64,000 bases of DNA from Planctomycetota bacterium. Lineage in GTDB: Bacteria; Planctomycetota; Planctomycetia; Pirellulales; Lacipirellulaceae. This document shows positions 30,406 through 38,902 of this stretch, piece after piece. Location: assembly GCA_039190745.1 (NCBI GenBank), contig JBCCXZ010000009.1, positions 15,874-79,873 on the forward strand, given 5' to 3'. The position numbers and the translations under genes were made by a program. The notes beneath the pieces are model-generated. The model was not told where the DNA came from, did no database searches, and saw nothing but the letters and a program-made list of their open reading frames with translations. Position 1 is the first letter of the stretch. Each line of letters begins with the position of its first letter.

Positions 30406-30499
30406 TCTCGCACAGGCGCAAAGGCGCAAAGGCGCAAAGAAGAGATTGAGTAGCAGATTCACTCTGGAGCGTTCTTTGCGCCTTAGCGCCTTTGCGAGA
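30406..30499. repeat. Inverted family-2 arms around a 32-bp spacer
   Basis: tct-cgcacagg-cgcaaagg-cgcaaagg-cgcaaaga ... tctttgcg-ccttagcg-cctttgcg-aga. Confidence 0.88.
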
Positions 30500-30514
30500 T
30501 TTCTTCTTTCCAAG

Positions 30515-31966
30515 TTACTCGGCGCCAACATCCACATCCCCCACCTGGGGCGTCAGCACGCCTGGCGGTTCGCCGAGGCCGCGTTCTGCTTGCGTGCCGG
30601 GGATGAGGTTGTCCAATGCGATGCCCAGGATCGCCGCCACGGCCATGCCCGTCTTGCCGATGGCGCCGAGCAGCTGGCCAGAATCTCCCATTCTATCAAG
30701 CAACGCGGCGCCGGCCTCGCTATTGAAGTAGGCCGGCACGCTCAGGCCCATGAACAACGCGAAGCCGCTGATCAGCAGGTTGCGGTCGCTGTTCAGGTCG
30801 GCCTTCGAGAGCTGCCGGACGCCCACGGCGCTGATCAAACCGAACATCACGCAGTAGAGCCCGCCGACCACCGGCTGAGGGATCGCGGTGGCGATCGCGC
30901 CGAACTTGCCGAACAGGCCCAGGACGATGAGCACAACCGCGGCGATCTGCACCACGTATCGGCTGCCCACCTTGGTGAGGCCCACCAGGCCGATGTTCTC
31001 TGAGTAGCTGGTGCTGCTGAAGCCGCCGAACACGCCGGTGAGCGCACAGCCGACGCCCTCGAAGCCGATTCCGCGGGAGAGCTCCTCCGCGGTGGGGTCG
31101 CCGCCGCCGGCCATGTGCTTGCAGGCGTGGTAGTCGCCGAACGACTCGATCATCGACGCCAGGTACCCCGCGAGCACCGCGACGATAAACGCCGCGCTGA
31201 ACTGGGGCATTCCCCAGGGGAAAACGACCGTCGACGTGCGGAACCACTCGGCGTCCTTCACCGCGTCAAGGCTCACCCGCGCCGGGTGCCCCTCGCCGTA
31301 AACGCCCGCGGCGGTCAGCACCGAGCACAGGCCGACCACCGTAAGGATGGCGATCAGCATCGGGAACAAGCGGAACAGCCAATTGGTCTTCGAGAGCACC
31401 AGCGAGATGACGATGATGAGCACCATGGTGAGGATGCTCGTCGGCCAGTGCGACGCCGCGACCGGCGCCCCCGCCTGGTAGAGCGCCAGGCCGATCAGCA
31501 TGATCACCGGCCCCACCACCACCGGCGACAGGTGCCGCCGCACAAAGCCCATCAGGCCGGTGAAGCCGATAGCCATCTCGCACACGGCGCCGACGATCAC
31601 CGCCCCCGCGATGTACCGCATGCACATCGCCCCGTCGCCGCCGAGGCCGCCTTCCTCCACCGGCGCCACCACCGTGGGGATGATCACGCCGCTGAACGCC
31701 GCGAGGAACGAGAAGCTCACGCCCTGGATGATTGGCAGCCGCGAGCCGAAGGTCGACTGGAGCAGCGTCGCCACCCCGCTGCAGAGCATCACCGACGAGA
31801 TCAAGAGCGCGATCTGCGCGGGCGACATCCCCATCGCCGGCCCCAACAACAGCGGCACAGCCACCGTCGAGCCAAACATCGTCAGCACGTGCTGCAGCGA
31901 GAGCACCACCGCCCGCCCGAAAGGCGGCTTGTCGTCGAGGCCGTAGATGATTTGCGGGGAAGACAT
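30515..31966 (-). CDS. NCS2/NAT nucleobase (uracil-xanthine) permease
   Basis: QHVLTMFG in TM1, ESFGD, NAT signature SYSENIGLVGLTKVGSR; many TM helices. Confidence 0.92.
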   Translation of the reverse strand: MSSPQIIYGLDDKPPFGRAVVLSLQHVLTMFGSTVAVPLLLGPAMGMSPAQIALLISSVMLCSGVATLLQSTFGSRLPIIQGVSFSFLAAFSGVIIPTVVAPVEEGGLGGDGAMCMRYIAGAVIVGAVCEMAIGFTGLMGFVRRHLSPVVVGPVIMLIGLALYQAGAPVAASHWPTSILTMVLIIVISLVLSKTNWLFRLFPMLIAILTVVGLCSVLTAAGVYGEGHPARVSLDAVKDAEWFRTSTVVFPWGMPQFSAAFIVAVLAGYLASMIESFGDYHACKHMAGGGDPTAEELSRGIGFEGVGCALTGVFGGFSSTSYSENIGLVGLTKVGSRYVVQIAAVVLIVLGLFGKFGAIATAIPQPVVGGLYCVMFGLISAVGVRQLSKADLNSDRNLLISGFALFMGLSVPAYFNSEAGAALLDRMGDSGQLLGAIGKTGMAVAAILGIALDNLIPGTQAERGLGEPPGVLTPQVGDVDVGAE

Positions 31967-32459
31967 AGATAGGATAACAGGATCGGCGGGATCTACAGGA
32001 TCAGTCGGATGCGGATTTCAATGTGCGATAGGCTTCTCGGACTTCCGCCCAAAGAGAATCCTTTATGTCTACAGGCTTCTTGTCTGCGATGCGCTCTATC
32101 GCCTCGGCGGGGTCGATCGAAAGAACGTGAGCGAGGCCAAATGCAGCAACCGTTGGTGATCGAGACAAACCAGCAGAACAAGCGACAGCGGTAGGAGTTC
32201 CAGAATCAAGCAATCCGAAGACCGAACGAAGTAGCAGCTTCAGCATGGATCGGTTGTTTCCTGCGCCGTCATTCAATGGATACCGAAGGTAAACGAATTC
32301 CCTTGGCAAACCGCATGGCTGCTCCTCGAGAGCCACATCAACGACTGCGGAAACACCCTGATCATGAAGCATCCGAAGATCGTTGAGGCCTGCTCGGGAA
32401 CTCACCCAAAGCATGCCGGCATGAATCTCCGTCATCCCGTCGATCCTGCAAATCCTGTC
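31967..32459. mobile_element. Cassette bounded by inverted family-3 arms carrying a phosphatase-like gene
   Basis: Left agataggat-aacaggat-cggcgggat-ctacaggat (31967-32001); right atcccgtcg-atcctgcaa-atcctgtc (32434-32459); lower-GC interior. Mobility is inferred. Confidence 0.6.
32001..32435 (-). CDS. Dual-specificity/protein tyrosine phosphatase-like protein
   Basis: CX5R loop ACSAGLSRS, YPLNDG acid loop; probable start MTEIHAG lies inside the right repeat arm. Confidence 0.8.
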   Translation of the reverse strand: MTEIHAGMLWVSSRAGLNDLRMLHDQGVSAVVDVALEEQPCGLPREFVYLRYPLNDGAGNNRSMLKLLLRSVFGLLDSGTPTAVACSAGLSRSPTVAAFGLAHVLSIDPAEAIERIADKKPVDIKDSLWAEVREAYRTLKSASD

Positions 32460-32473
32460 AGTCCTCCGCCTTC

Positions 32474-32508
32474 CTCTGCGCACTCCGCGATCTCTGCGGT
32501 TCATCCCC
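32474..32508 (-). repeat. Orphan family-1 arm directly after the nitrilase stop codon
   Basis: Reverse complement ggggatgaaccgcagagatcgcggagtgcgcagag versus ggggaatgaaccgcagaggacgcggagggcgcagag at 25790. Confidence 0.85.
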
Positions 32509-32512
32509 CGAC

Positions 32513-33385
32513 CTACAGCTCAACAATCGAGCCGTAAGTCTCCGGCCGGCGGTCGCGGAAGAACTGCCACGTGTTCCGCACTTCACGGATCATGTCGAAG
32601 TCCATGTCCGCGATCACGATGTCGTCCTCGTCGCGTTTCTCGCTCGCGGCGACGAACTGGCCCCGCGGGTCGCAGAAGTAGCTCTGGCCGTAGAACTCAC
32701 CGATCCGCCAGGGCTCTTCCCAGCCGGGCCGGTTGATGGCGCCGACGAAGTACTGATTCGCCACAGCGTGGGCGGGCTGCTCCAGCTTCCAGAGGTACTC
32801 ACTCAGCCCCGCGACCGTTGCCGACGGGTTGAACACAATCTCGGCGCCGGCCAATCCCAGGCAGCGGGCGCCGTCGGGGAAGTGGCGGTCGTAACAGATG
32901 TAGACGCCCACCTTGCCGACCGCCGTGTCGAAGATCGGGTACCCCAGGTTCCCCGGGCGGAAGTAGAACTTCTCCCAGAAGCCCGGCGCGCAGTGCGGGA
33001 TGTGGATCTTGCGGAACTTGCCCAGGTACTCGCCCGTGGCGTCGATCACCGAGGCCGTGTTGTAGTACACGCCCGGCAGGTCCTCTTCGTACATGGGCAC
33101 AACCAGCACCATCTGGTGCTTCTTGGCCAGCTCCATCATCAGCTTGGTCGTCGGCCCGTCGGGCACGGGTTCGGTCAGCTCGTACCACTTCGCGTCTTGC
33201 TCAGCGCAGAAGTAAGGTCCATAGAACAGCTCCTGCAGGCAGCAGACCTGGGCCCCCTGCTCGGCGGCCTGGGCGATCATCTCGACGTGCTTGTCGATCA
33301 TCGCCTGCTTGATCTTCTCCACCGGGGAGGTGGTCGGTTCGCAGGTGGTGGCTTGAATCAATGCGCCGCGGACGATCCTGGGCAT
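32513..33385 (-). CDS. Nitrilase-family beta-ureidopropionase (N-carbamoyl-beta-alanine amidohydrolase)
   Basis: E-K-C triad (QELF, RKIHIP, ICYDRHFP), EKFYFRPGN, FRDRRP; operon context. Confidence 0.88.
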   Translation of the reverse strand: MPRIVRGALIQATTCEPTTSPVEKIKQAMIDKHVEMIAQAAEQGAQVCCLQELFYGPYFCAEQDAKWYELTEPVPDGPTTKLMMELAKKHQMVLVVPMYEEDLPGVYYNTASVIDATGEYLGKFRKIHIPHCAPGFWEKFYFRPGNLGYPIFDTAVGKVGVYICYDRHFPDGARCLGLAGAEIVFNPSATVAGLSEYLWKLEQPAHAVANQYFVGAINRPGWEEPWRIGEFYGQSYFCDPRGQFVAASEKRDEDDIVIADMDFDMIREVRNTWQFFRDRRPETYGSIVEL

Positions 33386-33535
33386 GCGGCTTTTCCTCTC
33401 TGGTGAGCTCGTTGTGTGGAAGATGACGGGCGAAAATGCAATCGCCTAACCCTTGGTGCCGCCACTGGTTCTGCGGTATCGTAACGGATTCTTCACACAA
33501 ATCCTAGCAATGCCTTTCGAGCCAACGAGGCCGCG

Positions 33536-35050
33536 ATGAGCACCCCAACCGCCGCCGTTCAAGAAGTTCCGATCCTCTCCGGGGGGGGTTGGTCGACCGT
33601 CGCCGCCAATCAGTACGAGGAGGTCTACAACCCCTCGACTGGTGAAGTGATCGCGCGCACCCCGCTGTGCGACGCCGCAGCCACCGACGCGGTCGTGCAG
33701 TCGGCCGCCAAGGCGCTGCCCGCCTGGAGCGCGACGCCCGTGGTCGAACGGGCGCGGGTGATGTTCCGCTTCCGCGAACTGCTCGACAAGCACTTCGACG
33801 AGATCGCCGCGCTGGTCACCCGCGAGCACGGCAAGACCCTCGCCGAGTCGCGGGCCGAGGTGAACCGCGGCGTCGAGATGGTCGAGTTCGCCTGCGGCAT
33901 CCCTAGCCTGATCACGGGCCAGGTCCTGCCGAACATCGCCGGCGACGTCGACGCCGAGACCGTCCGCCACCCCGTAGGGGTGTGCGCCGGGATCACGCCG
34001 TACAACTTCCCGCACATGGTGCCGCTGTGGATGATGCCGGTGGCGCTCACCTGCGGCAACACGTTCGTGCTGAAGCCTTCAGAGAAGGTGCCGCTCTCGG
34101 CGGTGCGGCTGGGCGAGCTGCTGCAAGAAGCCGGCCTGCCCGAGGGCGTGTTCAACATCGTCCACGGCGGCAAGGAGGTGGTCGACGCGTTGCTCGAACA
34201 CCCGCTGGTGACCGCGGTGTCGTTCGTCGGCTCCACGCCGATTGCTGAGTACGTCTACCAAGTCGGTACCGCGAATGGCAAGCGCGTGCAGTCGGCCGGC
34301 GGGGCGAAGAACCACCTCATCGTGATGCCCGACGCCGAGATGGATCAAACCGTCAAAGCGCTCGCCGCGAGCGCCTACGGCTGCGGCGGCCAGCGGTGCA
34401 TGGCGGGCAGCTTTGCCGTGGCGGTCGGCGACGCGGGCGACGCCGTGGTCGACGGCTTGGTCGAGCACGCCGGCGGGTTTAACGTTGGCCCCTCCGACGG
34501 CGACGAGTCGGTCGATATGGGCCCGCTGATCCGCGGCGCGCACGTCGACCGTGTGGCCAGTTATCTCGACGTGGCCGGGGGCGAGGGCGCCAACGTCGCG
34601 CTCGACGGCCGGCGGGAGTTCGACTCCAGCGGCTTCCTGATCGGCCCCAGCGTGGTCGACCGGGTGAAGCCCGGTTCGCAGATGGCGTGCGACGAGATCT
34701 TCGGCCCCGTGCTGAGCGTAGCCCGGGCCTCGACGCTCGAAGAAGCCCTCGCGATGGGCGACGCGTGCGAGTTCGGCAACGGCGCCGCGATCTTCACGCA
34801 GAGCGGCCACGCCGCCCGGGAGTTCAAGCACCGCTTCAACGCGGGCATGATCGGCGTGAACGTCGGCGTGCCGGCGCCGATGGCGTGGTTCCCCTTCACG
34901 GGCTGGAACCGCTCGTTCTTCGGCGATCTGCACATGCAGGGGCTCGAGGGCGTGCAGTTCTACACGCGGCAGAAGGTGACCCTCACCCGCTGGCCCAAAA
35001 TGGCCGATTCGCACGCCGACCCGGTCTGGAAGTCTTCCGCCCGCGGTTAG
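33536..35050 (+). CDS. mmsA: CoA-acylating (methyl)malonate-semialdehyde dehydrogenase
   Basis: ITPYNFP, KPSE, SFVGST, GGAKNH, GQRCMA, EIFGP, GVNVGVPAP. Confidence 0.92.
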   Translation: MSTPTAAVQEVPILSGGGWSTVAANQYEEVYNPSTGEVIARTPLCDAAATDAVVQSAAKALPAWSATPVVERARVMFRFRELLDKHFDEIAALVTREHGKTLAESRAEVNRGVEMVEFACGIPSLITGQVLPNIAGDVDAETVRHPVGVCAGITPYNFPHMVPLWMMPVALTCGNTFVLKPSEKVPLSAVRLGELLQEAGLPEGVFNIVHGGKEVVDALLEHPLVTAVSFVGSTPIAEYVYQVGTANGKRVQSAGGAKNHLIVMPDAEMDQTVKALAASAYGCGGQRCMAGSFAVAVGDAGDAVVDGLVEHAGGFNVGPSDGDESVDMGPLIRGAHVDRVASYLDVAGGEGANVALDGRREFDSSGFLIGPSVVDRVKPGSQMACDEIFGPVLSVARASTLEEALAMGDACEFGNGAAIFTQSGHAAREFKHRFNAGMIGVNVGVPAPMAWFPFTGWNRSFFGDLHMQGLEGVQFYTRQKVTLTRWPKMADSHADPVWKSSARG

Positions 35051-35105
35051 TGCCGTTCAAGCTGATGGGACTACTCAGCTCACCAATGCAATGCTGCGTG
35101 GGGTT

Positions 35106-35309
35106 AAGGAGATGTGGGGATGGGTGGAGATAAGGGGGATGGCCGCCGGGCAGCCAACGTACTCCCTCTCAAGCACCTGAAGCTGATGGCGTTTCTTGTT
35201 GGACGACATCACTGGGGCCGAGCAACTCGCAAAGGACTTTAGTTTGTATAAGGTAGGAATCCCCTCCAAATGCCATCTCCTTCATCCCCAGCTATCTCCA
35301 CATCTCCTT
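35106..35309. repeat. Inverted tandem-unit arms (family 4, GGRGAT units) around a 130-bp spacer
   Basis: aaggagatgtggggatgggtggagataagggggatgg (35106-35142) versus ccatctccttcatccccagctatctccacatctcctt (35273-35309); 30/37 complementary. Confidence 0.85.
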
Positions 35310-35460
35310 TTTCTTACCTGCGTTCCCGCTAGCTCGAATCAAGGCGTAATCCTGATATCCTCGGTGACCCACGTGCCGTCGATTCAGTGATCGATTACCA
35401 TGATCCGTGCCGCCGGCGGGGCGTAGCTCGCCGGCTAGGAATCCACGAATAGAGATAACG

Positions 35461-36564
35461 ATGTTAGAAGTCCCCGAACGCATTCTGCACGGCCCCGGCC
35501 CTTCGCCGGTGGCGCCCAGCGTCCTCCAGGCCCTCGCCAAACCGTGCATCGGGCACATGGACCCCGAGTTCATGCGCGTGATGAACGAAGTGCGCGAGAT
35601 GCTGCAACAGGCCTTCCAGACCAAGAACGAGATGACGCTCGCGTGCAGCGGCACGGGCTCGGCGGGCGCCGAGATGCTGATGGACAACCTCGTCGAGCCC
35701 GGCGACACGTGCCTGATCGGCATCAACGGCGTCTTCGGCGGCCGGCTGACCGACAAGGCCAAACGCGCCGGCGGCGAGGTGCACAACCTCCACGCCGACT
35801 GGGGACAGGTGTTCGACCAAGACCAAGTGCTCGAAGAAATCGAGCGGCTCAAGCCGAACCTCGTTGCGCTGGTCCACGCCGAGACCTCCACCGGCGCCCA
35901 CCAACCGGTCGACCGGCTCGCCGACGCGGTACACAAGCACGGCGGCCTGCTGGTGATCGACTGCGTCACGTCGTTTACCGGACTGCCGGTGAAGATCGAC
36001 GAGTGGGGCGTCGACGCCGCCTACACCGGCACGCAGAAGTGCCTCTCCTGCCCGCCGGGGCTGGGGCCGGTGACCCTCTCCGAACGGGCGATGCACAAAG
36101 CCAACGCGCGGAAGACGCCGGCAAACTCCTGGTACCTCGACCTCAGCCTAGTCGGCAACTACTGGGGCGGCAGCCGGGCCTACCATCACACGGCGCCGGT
36201 AAACATGAACTACGCCCTGCACGAGTCGCTGCGGCTGGTGCTCGAAGAGGGGCTCGACGCCCGCTTCGAGCGTCACCTCCGCACGCACAAGCTGCTCAAG
36301 GCAGGCCTCGAAGAACGCGGCTTCGAGTACGCCTCCGACCCCGAGCACTCGCTACCGATGCTCAACCTGGTGAAGATCCCCGCAGGCGTCGCCGACGAGG
36401 CCGCCGCACGGAAGCGGCTCTTGGAAGAGTGCAACCTGGAGATCGGCGGCGGCCTGGGCGCGCTGGCCGGCAAGTGTTGGCGGATCGGCCTGATGGGCCA
36501 CGGCGCCCGTGAGGAAAGCGTCGATTACATCCTCAAGTCACTCGACCGGGTGCTCGCCGCCTGA
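35461..36564 (+). CDS. Class V alanine-glyoxylate/ureidoglycine aminotransferase (PucG-like)
   Basis: GPGPS, SGTGS, HAETSTG, DCVTS, TQKCLS, YHHTAP, WRIGLMG. Confidence 0.88.
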   Translation: MLEVPERILHGPGPSPVAPSVLQALAKPCIGHMDPEFMRVMNEVREMLQQAFQTKNEMTLACSGTGSAGAEMLMDNLVEPGDTCLIGINGVFGGRLTDKAKRAGGEVHNLHADWGQVFDQDQVLEEIERLKPNLVALVHAETSTGAHQPVDRLADAVHKHGGLLVIDCVTSFTGLPVKIDEWGVDAAYTGTQKCLSCPPGLGPVTLSERAMHKANARKTPANSWYLDLSLVGNYWGGSRAYHHTAPVNMNYALHESLRLVLEEGLDARFERHLRTHKLLKAGLEERGFEYASDPEHSLPMLNLVKIPAGVADEAAARKRLLEECNLEIGGGLGALAGKCWRIGLMGHGAREESVDYILKSLDRVLAA

Positions 36565-37814
36565 TGCCCGACGGCTCGACCATCGTCGCCGGTCAACTCC
36601 TGCTGCCGGCCGAGGGCGGCTCGGCCCGCATCGCGCCGGGCTACCTCCGCATCGAAGGCGAGGCCATCGCCGAGGTCGTCGAAGGCGGCGCCCCTGCATC
36701 GGCTGTGGCTCCTTCAGCAGACAGCGGCGGGCCCTCGGCGCTCGTCTGCCCCGGGTTCATCGACTGCCACGCGCACCTGCCGCAGTTCGAGATGATCGGC
36801 GCCTACGGGCTGCATCTGCTGCACTGGCTGGAGCAAGTGACCTTCCCCACCGAGCGGCAGTGGGAAGACCCCGCCTACGCGGCGGCGGCGACCGAGGCGG
36901 CCATCACGCAGTTTTTTTCCCACGGCACGACCGCCGCCTGCTGCTACGGAACCGTTCATCAAGCGGGAACCGAGGCTGCGCTTTCCGTCGCATCCGACCG
37001 CGGTCTGCGGGGCGTCATCGGGCAGACGCTCATCGACCGCAACGCACCGGACTACCTCACGCTGCCGCGTGAGCAGCAGATCGACGAGACCGCAAAGCTG
37101 CTGGACCGGTTCCCGCCCGGCTCGCGGATGGCCGCCGCGGTCACGCCGAGGTTCGCCGTATCATGCACCCCGGAGCTGCTCGCCGACGGGGGCCGCTTGG
37201 CCGACGAGCGCGAGGCGGCGGTGCAGTCGCACCTCGCCGAAACTGTCCCCGAGTGCGAGCTAATCTCCGACCTATTCGACGGCGTCCCCTACACGCAGGT
37301 CTACCGCGACGCGCGTTTGCTGAACGATCGCTCGATCTACGGGCACGGGATCTACCTGGGACTCGAGGAGTTGCGAATTCTGCGCGACGCCCGAGCGGTG
37401 ATCGCCCACTGCCCGACGGCCAATTCATTCCTCCGCTCCGGCACGATGAATCGGCAAGAGTTGCTCGCCGCCAGCGTGCGGGTGGCGCTCGGCAGCGACG
37501 TGGGCGCCGGCTACGAGCGGTCGATGGTGCGCGTCGGCAGGGCGATGATCGAGGCGGCTGCCACATTGACCGAAACGCCCCCGAACGCCGCGCAGGCGTG
37601 GCATCAGATAACCGCCGGGAACGCCGCCGCGCTGGGCTGGCAAGACGGCGGCGTGCTCCGCGCAGGCGACCCGGCCGACGTGGTGCTCATCGAGCCGAAC
37701 ATCGACTGGCTCGGCGGCCGCACCGATCCGCTCTCGCGGCTGATGTTCGCCTGGGACGACCGCTGGGTCCGCAAGACCTGGGCCCGCGGCGAAGTCGTGC
37801 ACGGAGCGGCTTGA
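36564..37814 (+). CDS. guaD: Guanine deaminase
   Basis: PGFIDCHAHLPQF, GTTAA, VTPRFA, QSHLAE, HCPTAN, LGSDVGAG. Confidence 0.85.
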   Translation: MPDGSTIVAGQLLLPAEGGSARIAPGYLRIEGEAIAEVVEGGAPASAVAPSADSGGPSALVCPGFIDCHAHLPQFEMIGAYGLHLLHWLEQVTFPTERQWEDPAYAAAATEAAITQFFSHGTTAACCYGTVHQAGTEAALSVASDRGLRGVIGQTLIDRNAPDYLTLPREQQIDETAKLLDRFPPGSRMAAAVTPRFAVSCTPELLADGGRLADEREAAVQSHLAETVPECELISDLFDGVPYTQVYRDARLLNDRSIYGHGIYLGLEELRILRDARAVIAHCPTANSFLRSGTMNRQELLAASVRVALGSDVGAGYERSMVRVGRAMIEAAATLTETPPNAAQAWHQITAGNAAALGWQDGGVLRAGDPADVVLIEPNIDWLGGRTDPLSRLMFAWDDRWVRKTWARGEVVHGAA

Positions 37815-37826
37815 TAGGACGCGTTT

Positions 37827-38867
37827 CTAGGCAGCTTCGCGTCTGGTATCCTCGGTCAGCCGGTGCTTCACCGCACCGAAGACACGTTCAACGGACAAGT
37901 CTTCCATGCACTTGTGGTGGCCCAAAGGGCAGCTCGAAGCCCAACAGGGCTGGCAATCCAAGCTGAGCGAGAGGGTCGTCTCGTCGGCGTAGTGCGTGTC
38001 GGAGTGCCGCGGGCTGGTGGGGCCGAAGAGCGTCACGACCGGTTTGCGGAAGGCGATGCCGAAGAACCGCGGGCCGCTGTCGGTGCTCACGAGCAACCGC
38101 GACCGCTCGATGACCGCCTTCGCCAAGCCTACTGGCAGATCACGCCCGGCGAGGCTCACCACAGACGGGCGTCGGGCGAGCTTCACGACGTTTCGGGCCA
38201 ACTCCTGCTCGGCGGGGCCGCAGTTCACGAGCACGGCGAACCCTAGCTTGTCGTGCAGCCGCCGCGCGAGCGTGGCGAAGTGCTCGTCCGGCCACCGCTT
38301 CGAGGCCCCGAATGCCCCGCCCGAGTTGAGCACGACGACCCGCTCGCCCGAAGGCAGCCCCAGGTCGTTCCAGGCGTCGTCGGCCGCGGCACGGTCTGCT
38401 TCGGTGGTGGCCAGCTCAAGCTCCGGCGGCACGTAGTCGCCGCCGGCCGCGTAAGCCAGTTGCTGATAGTGGTCGAGCGTCGGCAGTTGCAGCCGCCGGC
38501 CGCGGCGCGTCGCTTGGCGGAAAACGGTGGTCAGCAGCGGCGTCCGCAGCGGACGGGCCGAGCCAACCCGCTCGGGCACGCCGGCCCGGAAGGCGATCCA
38601 GGCCGACCGGAGCGAGTTCGGCATGATCACGATCTGATCGAGCGACTGCTCACGGATCAGACGCGCAGCCTCGCGGGGCTCTTTCTTCGGCTGGCAGTCG
38701 ACCACCGCGTCGACCCACCCCAGCCCGCGGAGGGCGTCGCAGATGTGCGGCTTGCCAAACACGGCCAACCGGCCCGAGGGCCCAGCGAGACCGCGGAGCG
38801 AACGCAAAGCCGGGGTCGCCATCACGGCGTCGCCGATCCAGTTCGGCAGCATCACCCCAATGTTCAC
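37827..38867 (-). CDS. waaF: GT9 LPS heptosyltransferase II-like
   Basis: PNWIGDAVMATP, KRWP, STDSGP, LFGPT, CQPC..CPLGHHKCM. Confidence 0.85.
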   Translation of the reverse strand: MNIGVMLPNWIGDAVMATPALRSLRGLAGPSGRLAVFGKPHICDALRGLGWVDAVVDCQPKKEPREAARLIREQSLDQIVIMPNSLRSAWIAFRAGVPERVGSARPLRTPLLTTVFRQATRRGRRLQLPTLDHYQQLAYAAGGDYVPPELELATTEADRAAADDAWNDLGLPSGERVVVLNSGGAFGASKRWPDEHFATLARRLHDKLGFAVLVNCGPAEQELARNVVKLARRPSVVSLAGRDLPVGLAKAVIERSRLLVSTDSGPRFFGIAFRKPVVTLFGPTSPRHSDTHYADETTLSLSLDCQPCWASSCPLGHHKCMEDLSVERVFGAVKHRLTEDTRREAA

Positions 38868-38902
38868 GGCAGAGCGTCTTTCGTACTAGCGGGGCAGGGT
38901 GG

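Noticed and set aside
28837..30499. Arms as ordinary rho-independent terminators
   Set aside because: Loops are 32-130 bp or whole genes, U tracts are absent, and most sit inside co-directional operons
25790..35309. CRISPR array interpretation of the short repeats
   Set aside because: Units are 8-10 nt, directly tandem and arranged as inverted arms. There is no regular 25-40-bp repeat-spacer periodicity and no cas gene.
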